Below are positions 38,774-49,191 of a stretch of DNA of 64,000 nucleotides, one piece after another. The first letter of the stretch is position 1, and every line of letters starts with the position of its first letter. The notes under the pieces are model-generated. The model was not told the DNA's origin, did not search any database, and saw only the letters and a list, made by a program, of their open reading frames with translations. The DNA is from Gemmatimonas sp. (GTDB taxonomy: Bacteria; Gemmatimonadota; Gemmatimonadetes; Gemmatimonadales; Gemmatimonadaceae). The stretch covers positions 3,136,001 through 3,200,000 of the forward strand of contig OZ257156.1 of the NCBI GenBank assembly GCA_965279375.1, written 5' to 3'. The translations under genes were made by a program, and so were the position numbers.

Positions 38774-40258
38774 ATGACTACGTTCAAAAATTTCATCGGC
38801 GGACAGTGGGTTGCTCCGTCGACCGGCGAGTATTTCGAGAATCGCAATCCGGCCAATCAGGATGACCTGATTGGCCAGTTCCCCGCGTCTGGTGTGGAGG
38901 ACGTCGAGCGCGCTGTCGAAAGCGCACTTCGTGGCTTTGCACGGTGGAAGCGCACGCCGCCACCGGCTCGCGGCGACGTACTGCGTCGGGTCGGCGATCT
39001 GCTGTCGCAGCGCAAGGACGAGATTGCCGATCTGATGACGCGCGAGATGGGCAAGCCCGTTGCCGAAACGAAGGGCGACGTGCAGGAAGCGATCGACACG
39101 GCGTACTATGCGGCCACCGAAGGACGTCGCCTCTTCGGCCACACCGTGCCCAGCGAGTTGCGCGCGAAGTGGGCGATGAGCATGCGCCGGCCGATCGGTG
39201 TCTGCGGTCTCATCACGCCGTTCAATTTCCCGCTGGCCATTCCCACGTGGAAAGCCTTCCCAGCGCTTCTCTGCGGGAACGCCGTCATTCTCAAGCCCGC
39301 CGAAGACGTGCCGCACACGTCCACGGTGCTGGTCGAGATCCTGCTCGAAGCTGGCCTGCCGCCTGAAGTGATTCAGCTCGTGCACGGCATGGGTGAGGTC
39401 GTCGGCAAGGCGATTGTCGAGCACCCCAAGGTGCCGGTGATTTCGTTTACGGGCTCCACCGAGACCGGTCGCATCGTTGGCGAAACGTGCGGCCGCATGC
39501 ATAAACGGCTCTCGCTCGAAATGGGCGGCAAGAATGCGCAGATCGTGTTGGACGATGCCAATCTCGATCTCGCCATCGACGGCGTCCTCTGGGGCGCCTT
39601 CGGAACGACAGGGCAGCGCTGCACCGCAACAAGCCGCCTCATTCTACAGGACGGCATTCACGACGAATTCGTGGAGCGTCTGGTGGCACGCGCCGAAGCG
39701 CTCGTGCTGGGTGACGGTCGCGTAGCCGGAACCGATGTCGGTCCGCTCATTCACGAGGCGTCGCGCGAAAAGGTCGAGCGCTACGTGGAGATCGGGAAGG
39801 CGCAGGGTGCCACGCTGCGCACCGGTGGCGCACGTGCAACAGACGGCGCGCTCGCCAAGGGTTTCTTCTTCCAGCCGACGATCTTTACCGGCGTCACCGC
39901 GGGATCTCGGTTGGAGCAGGAAGAGATTTTTGGCCCTGTGCTTTCCGTGATCCGTGTCGCATCGGTGGATGAGGCGTTCACGGTCAACAATGACGTGCGC
40001 TACGGTCTGTCGTCTTCCGTGTACACGGCCAATGTCAACGTCGCGTTCCGTGCGCTCGATGAGCTCGACAACGGCATCACGTACGTCAACGCGCCGACGA
40101 TCGGCGCCGAAGCGCATCTGCCGTTTGGCGGCGTGAAGGAAACCGGCAACGGACACCGCGAAGGCGGCTGGGAAGTGTTCGAGTTCTACTCGGAGACCAA
40201 GGTCGGCTACATCGACTACTCCGGTGTGCTGCAGCGCGCGCAGATGGACAACTACTAG
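38774..40258 (+). CDS. Aldehyde dehydrogenase family protein
   Basis: [35 protein letters not shown]. Confidence 0.93.
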   Translation: MTTFKNFIGGQWVAPSTGEYFENRNPANQDDLIGQFPASGVEDVERAVESALRGFARWKRTPPPARGDVLRRVGDLLSQRKDEIADLMTREMGKPVAETKGDVQEAIDTAYYAATEGRRLFGHTVPSELRAKWAMSMRRPIGVCGLITPFNFPLAIPTWKAFPALLCGNAVILKPAEDVPHTSTVLVEILLEAGLPPEVIQLVHGMGEVVGKAIVEHPKVPVISFTGSTETGRIVGETCGRMHKRLSLEMGGKNAQIVLDDANLDLAIDGVLWGAFGTTGQRCTATSRLILQDGIHDEFVERLVARAEALVLGDGRVAGTDVGPLIHEASREKVERYVEIGKAQGATLRTGGARATDGALAKGFFFQPTIFTGVTAGSRLEQEEIFGPVLSVIRVASVDEAFTVNNDVRYGLSSSVYTANVNVAFRALDELDNGITYVNAPTIGAEAHLPFGGVKETGNGHREGGWEVFEFYSETKVGYIDYSGVLQRAQMDNY

Positions 40259-40267
40259 CCGACCCGC

Positions 40268-41095
40268 ATGACTTCTCCGCAAGGGCTGCCGAACGAAACG
40301 CCGCGATCGGTCACGGCGATCGTGGATCGTGACGAGGCGGTGCGATCTGCAGCCCTTCGTGCGGCGAACGGTCGCACGCGCGCGTCACGTGGTGCGCGGC
40401 TGACTTGGCTCTGGGAGTGGGCGAAGGTCTTTCCGGCCGCCGTGCTGCTCTTTCTGTTGCTGCGTTCATTTCTCGTCGAGGCGTACAAGATTCCGTCGGG
40501 GAGCATGGAGCGCACGCTGCTCGTGGGCGACTTCCTGCTGGTGAACAAACTCGTCTACGGCGCGGAGATCCCGTTCTCCGGCAAGCGGCTCCCGTCGTGG
40601 CGCGCGCCACAGCGTGGCGACGTCATCGTCTTCGATTGGCCGGTCGATCCCAGCAAGAACTTCGTCAAGCGCCTCGTGGGACTGCCCGGCGACACGCTCT
40701 CCATGCGCGACGGCACGCTGCTGCGCAATTCCGTACCGCTCACGGAGCGTTACGTTGTGCGCACGGAGCCCAACGTGGATCCGGTGAACGACGATTTCCG
40801 CTGGCAGAAGGGATATGTCGTCAAGACGGCCGCCGCTGCTAGCACAACGGACCTTGGCGTGTATCATCCGTCTCGCAACAACTGGGGGCCGATTGTCGTG
40901 CCGCCGTCCCACATGTTCGTTCTGGGAGACAATCGCGACAATTCCCTCGATAGCCGTTACTGGGGATTCGTGCCCGACAGCCTATTGCGCGGCACCCCCT
41001 TGATGGTCTACTACAGTTTCACGCCGGACTCCACTCGCCCCTTCGCCTGGTTGACGCACATACGCTGGTCTCGAGTCGGGAATGTGGTGCGCTGA
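40268..41095 (+). CDS. lepB: Signal peptidase I
   Basis: IPSGSM (Ser), FVKRLVGLPGD (Lys), GDNRDNSLDSRYWG. Confidence 0.93.
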   Translation: MTSPQGLPNETPRSVTAIVDRDEAVRSAALRAANGRTRASRGARLTWLWEWAKVFPAAVLLFLLLRSFLVEAYKIPSGSMERTLLVGDFLLVNKLVYGAEIPFSGKRLPSWRAPQRGDVIVFDWPVDPSKNFVKRLVGLPGDTLSMRDGTLLRNSVPLTERYVVRTEPNVDPVNDDFRWQKGYVVKTAAAASTTDLGVYHPSRNNWGPIVVPPSHMFVLGDNRDNSLDSRYWGFVPDSLLRGTPLMVYYSFTPDSTRPFAWLTHIRWSRVGNVVR

Positions 41096-41273
41096 TGGTG
41101 TCGTCTTGAGCGGACCGCTGTTGCCCCGCCGTTTCGGCGTTCACATTACTGCGTGACAGTTCAGCGGCAGGCGTTCCTGGTCGACGCCGCCGCCTTCAGG
41201 TTTCTGCCGAGCGTCGCATGCGGCGCCGCGTCCATCGGCAGTTCGATTTCCGCCCTAACGAGCCGCTGTCCTC

Positions 41274-42137
41274 ATGGCCGTATCTCCGTCGAAGAAAAAG
41301 GCGTCATCGTACGAAGAAGGTTCGCTCGACCAGTACCTGCGAGACATCAGTGCGTATCCGCTGATCTCGCGGGAAGAAGAAGCGGAGTTGGCGCGGCGCA
41401 TTCGCGTAGGCGACCAGGAGGCGCTCGATAAACTCGTGCGCTCGAACCTGCGCTTCGTCGTCTCCGTGGCCAAGAAATACCAGAACCAGGGCGTCTCGCT
41501 CTCGGACCTGATCAACGAGGGCAACCTCGGTCTGATCCGCGCCGCGCACAAATTCGACGAGACGAAGGGGATCAAGTTCATCTCCTACGCGGTCTGGTGG
41601 ATTCGCCAGGCGATTCTGCAGGCGCTCGCCGAGCAGTCGCGAATCGTGCGTGTGCCGCTCAACCGCGCGGGGACGCTGCACCGCATCGGCAAGCGTGCCA
41701 ACTCGCTGCTGCAGGAACTCGGACGCGAAGCGACGCACGCCGAGATCGCCGAGGGGATGGACATCACCGAGGAAGAAGTCGCCAAGACGATGTCCATCTC
41801 GCAGGTGCATCTCTCGCTCGATGCGCCGCTCACGCCGGGCGAAGACAATCGCCTGCTGGACTATCTCGCCGACACGGTCAACCCCACCCCCGACGAACAG
41901 ACGTTCGAGAAGGCCCTCACCGAAGCGATCGAAGATTCGCTTGGCGGCCTCAAGGAACGCGAAGCGAAGATCCTTCGCCTCTACTTCGGCATCGACGGCG
42001 CCGAGCCGATGACGCTGGAGGAGATCGGCACGCTGCTCGGGATCACGCGCGAGCGGGTGCGGCAGATCAAGGAGAAGGCGCTTTCGCGACTGCGCCACGT
42101 CTCGCGCGCCAAGTCGCTCGAAAGCTTTCTGAGCTGA
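41274..42137 (+). CDS. RNA polymerase sigma70 factor, RpoD/SigA family lacking region 1.1
   Basis: SLDQYLRDI, NLRFVVSVAKKY, DLINEGNLGL, KFISYAVWWIRQ, TRERVRQI. Confidence 0.93.
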   Translation: MAVSPSKKKASSYEEGSLDQYLRDISAYPLISREEEAELARRIRVGDQEALDKLVRSNLRFVVSVAKKYQNQGVSLSDLINEGNLGLIRAAHKFDETKGIKFISYAVWWIRQAILQALAEQSRIVRVPLNRAGTLHRIGKRANSLLQELGREATHAEIAEGMDITEEEVAKTMSISQVHLSLDAPLTPGEDNRLLDYLADTVNPTPDEQTFEKALTEAIEDSLGGLKEREAKILRLYFGIDGAEPMTLEEIGTLLGITRERVRQIKEKALSRLRHVSRAKSLESFLS

Positions 42138-42173
42138 CCGTCGGCGCCCGCCGACTGACCATCCAATTATCTC

Positions 42174-42674
42174 ATGGCTTCGATGTATTCATTCGACGTG
42201 ACCACCGGTTGCGACTTGCAGGAAGTCGACAACGCGGTGAACCAGGCGCAGAAGGAAGTCACGCAGCGTTTCGACTTCAAAGGCTCGCACGTGCTCATCG
42301 AGTTCAAGCGCGCCGACAATCTCATTCAGCTGGAAGCCGAGGGTGAGATGCGCATGGACGCCCTCGTGGACGTGCTGCGCGGTCGCCTGATCAAGCGCGG
42401 CGTGCCGGTCAAGAATCTCGATATCACCGACCCCAAGCCGGGCAGCCACGAGATTCTGCGCAGCGAGATCAAGCTCAAGATGGCGCTCGACTCTGAGACG
42501 GCGAAGAAGGTGAGTGCGGCGATCAAGGAAGCGAAGATGAAGAAGATCACCGCGGCCATTCAGGGCGAGCAGGTGCGCGTCTCCAGCCCGGACAAGGATG
42601 CGCTGCAGGAGTGCATGACACTGCTGCGCAAAGGGGACTACGGCGTCGAACTGCAGTTCGGGAATTTTCGATAG
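42174..42674 (+). CDS. yajQ: YajQ-family nucleotide/c-di-GMP-binding protein
   Basis: 'SFDV...DLQEVDNAVNQA.KE..QRFDFKG', 'IQGEQVRV', C-term 'QFGNFR'. Confidence 0.92.
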   Translation: MASMYSFDVTTGCDLQEVDNAVNQAQKEVTQRFDFKGSHVLIEFKRADNLIQLEAEGEMRMDALVDVLRGRLIKRGVPVKNLDITDPKPGSHEILRSEIKLKMALDSETAKKVSAAIKEAKMKKITAAIQGEQVRVSSPDKDALQECMTLLRKGDYGVELQFGNFR

Positions 42675-42713
42675 GCCGGGGTGCGCTGAGCGGCTGTTCG
42701 GCTAGCTTTCACG

Positions 42714-44108
42714 ATGCTCAAAATCGGTTTGGTCACCCTCGGGTGTGACAAGAACACGGTCGACTCCGAGCGGTACCTCGCCGACCTCCTCGCCCACGGC
42801 GCGGAGTCGGTGACGAATCTCGCTGACGCCGACGTGGTGGTGGTGAACACCTGCGGCTTCATCGATGCCGCCAAGGCGGAGTCCATCGAGGCGATCGTCG
42901 AGGCCACGCGCCTCAAGGAAGACGGTAACTGCAAGGCGGTCTTCGCGATTGGCTGCATGATCGAGCGCCACAAGGGCGAACTCGAAGAGGCGCTCCCCGA
43001 AGTCGACTGCTTCCTTGGCACCTCCGAGACCGATCGCCTCGTGCCCGAACTCATCGAGCGCGGGCTGATCAGCGGCGAGATCCTCGAGCACCCGGGCGTT
43101 CGCGTCTTTGGCGGCGGCTCGCAGCATGTGCGCTATCTCAAGGTCAGCGAAGGGTGCGATCACGGCTGCGCGTTCTGTGCGATTCCGCTCATGCGCGGCA
43201 GGCACCGCTCGTTCGCGCTGGACGATCTCATTCGCGAAGCGCAGCTGCTGGAAATGCAGGGCGCGCGTGAGTTGAACCTCGTGGCGCAGGATCTGGCGCA
43301 CTATGGACGCGACCGTCGCGATGGATTCGCGCTGCCGGAGCTGCTCGAATCGCTCGTACGCGAGACGTCGATTCCGTGGCTGCGCAATTTGTATCTCTAC
43401 AGCGCGGGCATCACGCCGCGTCTGCTGGAAGTGATCGCGGCCAACCCACGCATCGTGCGCTATCTCGACACGCCGATGCAGCATGGCGCCGATTCTGTCC
43501 TCGCGCGCATGCGTCGCCCCGAGCGGCAGCGCACGATCCGTGAGCGACTCAAGAGCTATCGCGAGATCGTGCCGGACCTCGCGGTGCGGACCACGGTGAT
43601 CGTCGGCTTTCCGGGCGAGACCGAAGACGACTTCAACGTCCTCTGCGATTTCCTCGAAGAGATGCAGCTCGATCGTGTCGGCTGCTTCACGTACTCGCCG
43701 CAGGAAGGGACGCGTGCGAACGAGATGGAAGACGATGTGCCCGACTCCATCAAGAGCGAGCGCAAGGAACGCATCGAAGAGCTGCAGCGCGCCATCACCT
43801 CGGAGCGCTACGAGCGCTTTCTGGGCAAGGAGACGCGCGTACTGGTGGACCGTGTGCACGACGCGCCGGGCATTGTCGTGTGCCGCGCGCCGTGGCAGGC
43901 CGATGACATCGATGGTGTGACGTACGTGCGCGCCGACGCACCGCCGGGCGCGATGCTCGACGTGCGCGTTGATGCGGTCGAAGACGACTACGATTTCCGC
44001 GCCACGCTCCTCCGCGTGGCTGATCTACCGCAGGCGGCGGCTCGGCGCGCCACGCGCAGCTTGCCGCTCGTGAATGCACCTTCTTCTGTCGGGAGCTTTG
44101 GACGATGA
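42714..44108 (+). CDS. rimO: Ribosomal protein S12 methylthiotransferase RimO
   Basis: LGCDKNTVDSE, NTCGFI, radical SAM CDHGCAFC, 'IVGFPGETE', TRAM domain. Confidence 0.93.
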   Translation: MLKIGLVTLGCDKNTVDSERYLADLLAHGAESVTNLADADVVVVNTCGFIDAAKAESIEAIVEATRLKEDGNCKAVFAIGCMIERHKGELEEALPEVDCFLGTSETDRLVPELIERGLISGEILEHPGVRVFGGGSQHVRYLKVSEGCDHGCAFCAIPLMRGRHRSFALDDLIREAQLLEMQGARELNLVAQDLAHYGRDRRDGFALPELLESLVRETSIPWLRNLYLYSAGITPRLLEVIAANPRIVRYLDTPMQHGADSVLARMRRPERQRTIRERLKSYREIVPDLAVRTTVIVGFPGETEDDFNVLCDFLEEMQLDRVGCFTYSPQEGTRANEMEDDVPDSIKSERKERIEELQRAITSERYERFLGKETRVLVDRVHDAPGIVVCRAPWQADDIDGVTYVRADAPPGAMLDVRVDAVEDDYDFRATLLRVADLPQAAARRATRSLPLVNAPSSVGSFGR

Positions 44109-45469
44109 GTCTGGTCGTGAATCCTGATGCACCGGGTACGTCCGGCAGCGATGTCGGCAGCGAAGCGCAGGTGTCGCAGCGTTCGTCCGCGCGCTCACAC
44201 GCGATCATGGAGCAGAGCCGCACGCGCTTCCCCGGTGGCGTGAATTCGCCCGTGCGCGCGTTTGGCGGTGTGGGTGGCGAGCCGTTCGTCGCCGCGCGTG
44301 GCGCGGGTGCGCGCGTGTGGGATGCCGACGGCAACGAGTACATCGACTACATCCTGTCGTGGGGCCCGCTGGTACTCGGCCATGCGCCACCGGTCGTGCT
44401 CGAAGCGCTCGCCGATGTCATGAAGAATGGCACCAGCTTCGGCATGCCGACCGGGCTGGAAGTGCAGCTCGCCGAGAAGATCGCCGAGCGTATGCCGCAT
44501 TTGGAGATGATGCGGTTTACGAGCAGCGGGACTGAAGCGGCGATGACCGTTGCACGGCTGGCGCGCGCCATCACGGGGCGGGAACACATCCTCAAGTTCG
44601 AAGGGTGCTACCACGGGCATGCCGATGGATTTCTCGTGCGCGCCGGTTCCGGCGTGGCCACGCTTGGATTGCCGGACTCGCCGGGCGTGCCGGAGGGGTT
44701 GGCCAAGCTGACGCTGACCTGCACGTACAACGATCTCGAGGCCGTCGAGCGCATTGCGCGTGAAGTGCCGCTGGCGGCGATCATGCTGGAGCCGGTCGTG
44801 GGCAACGGTGGGTTCATTCAGCCGTCGCCGGAATTCATTCCGGGATTGCGCCGTATTGCTGACGAAACGGGCGCCTTGCTCGTCTTCGACGAAGTCATGA
44901 CTGGTTTCCGCATCGCATACGGTGGAGCGCGCGAGCGCTTCGATGTCATCCCCGATCTCACGGCCTTGGGCAAAGTGATCGGCGGTGGCCTGCCCGTGGC
45001 TGCGTACGGCGGGCGCAAGGAATACATGTCGCGCATCGCGCCCACTGGCCCGGTCTATCAGGCGGGCACGCTCTCAGGCAATCCGCTGGCCATGGCGGCG
45101 GGCATCGCCACGCTTGGCATGCTCACGCGCGACCTGCACGACAAGATCACCGCGCAGACCTCCCGGTTGGTGAGCGGACTGACGGACGTCGCCGCGCGCC
45201 ACAGCGTCCCCTTCACGGCCAGTCATGTGGGCTCGATGTGGGGCTTCTTCTTCCATCCGGGACCGGTGCGCACGTTCGAAGAGGCCAAGCAGTGCGATAC
45301 GGCGCTCTTCAAGCGCTTCTTCCATGCCGCGCGTCGTCGTGGCGTGTCGTTGGCGCCGTCGCCCTTTGAAGCGGCGTTCATGTCGGCGGCGCATGGCACC
45401 GCTGAAATCGACGCGACGCTGGACCGTCTCGACCGCGCGCTTGGCGCGGCCGTGGCTGGTCGCGACTAG
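44105..45469 (+). CDS. hemL: Glutamate-1-semialdehyde 2,1-aminomutase
   Basis: PGGVNSPVRAF, SGTEA, FEGCYHGH, FDEVMTGFR, GKVIGGG, QAGTLSGNP. Confidence 0.95.
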   Translation: MSLVVNPDAPGTSGSDVGSEAQVSQRSSARSHAIMEQSRTRFPGGVNSPVRAFGGVGGEPFVAARGAGARVWDADGNEYIDYILSWGPLVLGHAPPVVLEALADVMKNGTSFGMPTGLEVQLAEKIAERMPHLEMMRFTSSGTEAAMTVARLARAITGREHILKFEGCYHGHADGFLVRAGSGVATLGLPDSPGVPEGLAKLTLTCTYNDLEAVERIAREVPLAAIMLEPVVGNGGFIQPSPEFIPGLRRIADETGALLVFDEVMTGFRIAYGGARERFDVIPDLTALGKVIGGGLPVAAYGGRKEYMSRIAPTGPVYQAGTLSGNPLAMAAGIATLGMLTRDLHDKITAQTSRLVSGLTDVAARHSVPFTASHVGSMWGFFFHPGPVRTFEEAKQCDTALFKRFFHAARRRGVSLAPSPFEAAFMSAAHGTAEIDATLDRLDRALGAAVAGRD

Positions 45470-45483
45470 GTCGCCGAGCGGGA

Positions 45484-46827
45484 ATGGGTAGGCCGCGACT
45501 GCGTCCGGAGTCCATCGCGGTAGGTGCGATGGGGATTGTTGTCGCGGCAGCGGCTTTTGCGGTCGCCTGTGCACCGTCGGCGCGCGTGCCGCGCGCGGGC
45601 GTCGAGCCGCATGTTGCCGGCGAATCGCGCGAGCTGCAAGGGCGCCTCGATGGCGTCGATCGCATGGCGCGCGTCGCGTTGCACATGGGCATCGCCATCG
45701 CGCCGGTGACGTCGACGGGCAAGTGGCGCGTGGATGAGCAGGGCGGAAAGCAGCAGCTCGTGAGAGGGCAGGGGCGCGAGCCGTGGCGCATCGAGCGGAA
45801 GGGAACGCTGCTGCGCATTGCAGGTGCTGGCGATGATGCGACCCCGTGGCGGGTGGGGCCGCTCGTGGCGCGGCCAGCCAGCGGCGACGCAACGCTCCAG
45901 TACAACGGACGTCGCTATCGCGGGGAGCTGTGGTTTTCGGCCACCGATTCGGGCATTCTCGTCGTGAATCGACTGCCGGTGGAGGACTATCTGCGCGGCG
46001 TGGTGCCCGCCGAGCTGGGGACGCGCCTGGAGTCGGACCGCGCGGCGATGGAGGCGCAGGCGATCGCCGCGCGAAGCTACACGTACATGCGCGTCCCCGG
46101 CGTCGACGCGCAGCCGGCGTCGGGCTCGTGGGACCTGGTCGCGACCGTGTCGAATCAGGTCTACTCCGGGATGGATTCGGAGTCTCCCATCGTGAATCAG
46201 GCCGTGGACGCGACCGCTGGGTTGGTGCTGCGCTACGGCGGGCTGCTGGTGGACGCGCCCTATTCATCGTCGTGCGGGGGGCGTTCAGCGGTGCCGGGCG
46301 ATGCGTGGCGTGATGCGCGACCGGAGCCCTATCTGCAGGCGCTCGACGACATCAACCCCGCGACCGGGCGACCGTACTGTGACATCTCGCCGCGCAATCG
46401 CTGGACGGTGTCGCTGGACGAGGCACAGCTGAGTGAGGCCGTGCGCCGCGCGCTGGTAGCGGCGGGTGCAAGCAACCCGAGACCTGCGCGTATCCAGGAG
46501 GTAGAAGTCACGCAACGGACCAGCTCCGGACGCGTCGGCGAGTTGGTGATGCGTACGGAGCGAGGCGACGTGCGCGTACGCGCGAACGATCTTCGCACTG
46601 TCTTTCGCGATGCGCGTGGCGCGATCCTGTCCAGTACGTATTTTTCTGTCGAGCGCGATGCGCGGGCTCGCGGACACCTGACGGGTGTCACCCTGCGCGG
46701 CGCCGGCTACGGACACGGTGTGGGGATGTGCCAATGGGGCGCGATCGGTCGATCGCGCGCAGGACAGGATGCTCGCACGATCCTGGCGCACTACTACCCT
46801 GGGACGACGGTCGGCTTCGCGGATTGA
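45484..46827 (+). CDS. SpoIID/LytB-domain protein (lipoprotein)
   Basis: 'EDYLRGVVPAE', 'AQAIAARSY', 'QVY', 'GYGHGVGMCQWGA', 'ILAHYYPG'. Confidence 0.9.
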   Translation: MGRPRLRPESIAVGAMGIVVAAAAFAVACAPSARVPRAGVEPHVAGESRELQGRLDGVDRMARVALHMGIAIAPVTSTGKWRVDEQGGKQQLVRGQGREPWRIERKGTLLRIAGAGDDATPWRVGPLVARPASGDATLQYNGRRYRGELWFSATDSGILVVNRLPVEDYLRGVVPAELGTRLESDRAAMEAQAIAARSYTYMRVPGVDAQPASGSWDLVATVSNQVYSGMDSESPIVNQAVDATAGLVLRYGGLLVDAPYSSSCGGRSAVPGDAWRDARPEPYLQALDDINPATGRPYCDISPRNRWTVSLDEAQLSEAVRRALVAAGASNPRPARIQEVEVTQRTSSGRVGELVMRTERGDVRVRANDLRTVFRDARGAILSSTYFSVERDARARGHLTGVTLRGAGYGHGVGMCQWGAIGRSRAGQDARTILAHYYPGTTVGFAD

Positions 46828-46849
46828 AGGTTTACCCTCCGGAGGCGGC

Positions 46850-47854
46850 ATGAAGGACGGCGTACGCATCGCCGTAGTCGGGACCGGCGCCATCGCCCAG
46901 CTCACGCACATCCCTGTGCTGTCCAAGCTGCGCGGCGCCTCGCTGGTCGCCTTGTGTGACAACGACGCCGCCAAGGCGCGTGCCCTCGCCGACCGGTTCG
47001 GTGTACCCGACGTCTTCACCGACTTCGAAGAGCTGCTCGACTCGGATGAACTCGACGCGGTCGTGATCGCGACGCCCAATCACCTGCATGAGCCGCACGT
47101 GTTGAGCGCCCTGCGCGCCAAGCTGCACGTGCTGTGCGAGCGGCCGCTGTCGCTCACGGTACGTGGTGTGGAGCGCTGCCTCGCTGCGGCGCAGAAGTCG
47201 GACCGTCGGTTGGTCGTGGGGCACAACCATCGATTCCGCGCCGATGTGCAGGCGCTCGACCAGTTCATCCGCAACGCCGAACTGGGACAGGTCACCTCCA
47301 TTCGCACCGGCGCGTTCTACGGGAAGCGCGGCACTGATGGCTGGCGCAATCGACGCGCAGAAGCGGGCGGCGGCGCGTTCCAGGAGCACGGCTTCCCACT
47401 ACTCGATCTCGCGATGTGGCTCGCTGACACGCCGGCTCCAGTGCGTGTCTCCGCGTCGATGCGTCGCGGACGTGCCGCCGCCGCCGTCGAAGACTCCATG
47501 CAGGTGCTGCTCGAGTGCGAGAACGGCGTCACGATCTCGTTCGACGTGGCGTGGTCGTACGTAGGCGACGAAGATCGGTGGTGGTTTGAGGTGCACGCAA
47601 CGCGCGGGGCAGCGCGGCTCGCTCCGTTGCGCGTGATCAAGGAACTCAACGGGCGTCCGGTGGACGTGTCCCCGACGGGCGCGGCGGCGCGCGAGAGTCC
47701 GTTCCTTCAGAGCTATCGCGCCGAGATCGCGCACTTTCTGGCCGTGATACAGGGGGAGGCGCCGTACGAGCCTCCGACAGATCAGGTGCAGGTGCATCGC
47801 ATTCTCGAAGCGATCTATCGCGCGGCGGACGACGGGAAAGAGATCCGCTTCTGA
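46850..47854 (+). CDS. Gfo/Idh/MocA-family oxidoreductase
   Basis: GGAGG RBS; VGTGAIA, ATPNHLH, 'VLCERP', 'HNHRF', 'AGGG'. Confidence 0.9.
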   Translation: MKDGVRIAVVGTGAIAQLTHIPVLSKLRGASLVALCDNDAAKARALADRFGVPDVFTDFEELLDSDELDAVVIATPNHLHEPHVLSALRAKLHVLCERPLSLTVRGVERCLAAAQKSDRRLVVGHNHRFRADVQALDQFIRNAELGQVTSIRTGAFYGKRGTDGWRNRRAEAGGGAFQEHGFPLLDLAMWLADTPAPVRVSASMRRGRAAAAVEDSMQVLLECENGVTISFDVAWSYVGDEDRWWFEVHATRGAARLAPLRVIKELNGRPVDVSPTGAAARESPFLQSYRAEIAHFLAVIQGEAPYEPPTDQVQVHRILEAIYRAADDGKEIRF

Positions 47855-49191
47855 TGCGACGCGGTCTGCTGGCCGTCGTTCTGCGATCCGTGGTGTTGTG
47901 CGTGGCGATGCTCTTCGCGCCACGCAGCATCGTCGCGCAAGCGCCCGATTCCGCGCCGCCACCGCCGGGCGTGTCGGCCGCCTTGGACAGTGCACGCGCG
48001 TTGCGCGGCGCATCCCTCTCGATCTCGCTGCTGACGTACGGTCCCGGCAATGCGGTGTTCGAGCGATTCGGCCACATGGCGCTCGCGGTGCACGATAGTC
48101 TCACGGGAGAAGACGTCGCCTTCAACTGGGGAATGTTCGACTTCAGTGAGCCGAACTTCGTGATGCGATTCCTGACGGGCGACACGAACTACTGGATGGC
48201 GGGATTCAATACGGCCGCCTTCAACGCGCATTATCGATCGGAGAATCGACGCATCCGGCTGCAGCAGATCGTGCTCCCGGCGGTGGAACGCGCGGCGCTG
48301 TTCGAGTACGTGGCCTGGAACGCGCGCGACGCAAACAAGTTCTATCGCTACGACTACTACAACGACAACTGCGCCACCCGTGTGCGCGATGCGATCGATC
48401 GCGTACTCGGCGGACGACTGCGCACCGCGCTCAAAGTTCCGGGCGACGCGCACACGTGGCGTGGTGAGACGGCACGAATCACCGAAGGCGATCTGCCGAC
48501 TTTTGCCGGCATCGAGATCGCGCTCGGCCGAAACGCCGACAAGGTGTTGAGCAAGTGGGACGAGTCCTTCCTGCCCGAGCGACTCGCCGATCACCTCAGC
48601 GACTTCATCGTCAGCGATGCGCAGGGCCGACGGTACAGCCTGGTCAAGCAGGACACGGTGATCTTCGAACCCACGCGTGTGCCGTTGCCGACGGAACCGC
48701 CGACGTGGTTTGCCGGCGCGCTGCTAGTCGGTTTGACCATCGCCGGCGTCATCGCCGCACTCACCGATGCCCGTCCGCCTGCCGCACGCGCTGTGCTCGC
48801 CGCGATCGTCGCCGTCTGGTATCTGTTGGGCGGGTTTCTCGGCACCGCGCTGCTGCTTGCCGGCACAGTCACCAAGCACGCGCCGTACATGGGGAGCAAC
48901 ACCACCCTGCTGCAGTTGCATCCGCTGATGTTGATCGCACTGTGGCCGGTCACGGCCTCGCTCGCGAGACGTCGCTACACGCGGACCGCGCTGGGGCTCA
49001 CCTCGGTGTTGGCGCTGCTGTCGGTCGTGGGCGTCGTGCTGCAGCTGATCCCGTCGTTCGCACAGGGAAGCAGCGTCGTGCTGGCCGTCACTGTGCCGAT
49101 TCATCTGGCGTTGGCCCTCGCGCTCTGGCGTCTCGAGCATGACGAGAGCACGCACCGACATGCCGCGATGCCGCTCTCGCGCGCCGCGTAA
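47854..49191 (+). CDS. DUF4105 protein (Lnb-like lipoprotein N-acyltransferase candidate)
   Basis: 'SLLTYGPG...FGH', 'FNWGMFDF', 'YRYDYYNDNCATR', 'FLP', C-terminal TMs. Confidence 0.8.
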   Translation: MRRGLLAVVLRSVVLCVAMLFAPRSIVAQAPDSAPPPPGVSAALDSARALRGASLSISLLTYGPGNAVFERFGHMALAVHDSLTGEDVAFNWGMFDFSEPNFVMRFLTGDTNYWMAGFNTAAFNAHYRSENRRIRLQQIVLPAVERAALFEYVAWNARDANKFYRYDYYNDNCATRVRDAIDRVLGGRLRTALKVPGDAHTWRGETARITEGDLPTFAGIEIALGRNADKVLSKWDESFLPERLADHLSDFIVSDAQGRRYSLVKQDTVIFEPTRVPLPTEPPTWFAGALLVGLTIAGVIAALTDARPPAARAVLAAIVAVWYLLGGFLGTALLLAGTVTKHAPYMGSNTTLLQLHPLMLIALWPVTASLARRRYTRTALGLTSVLALLSVVGVVLQLIPSFAQGSSVVLAVTVPIHLALALALWRLEHDESTHRHAAMPLSRAA

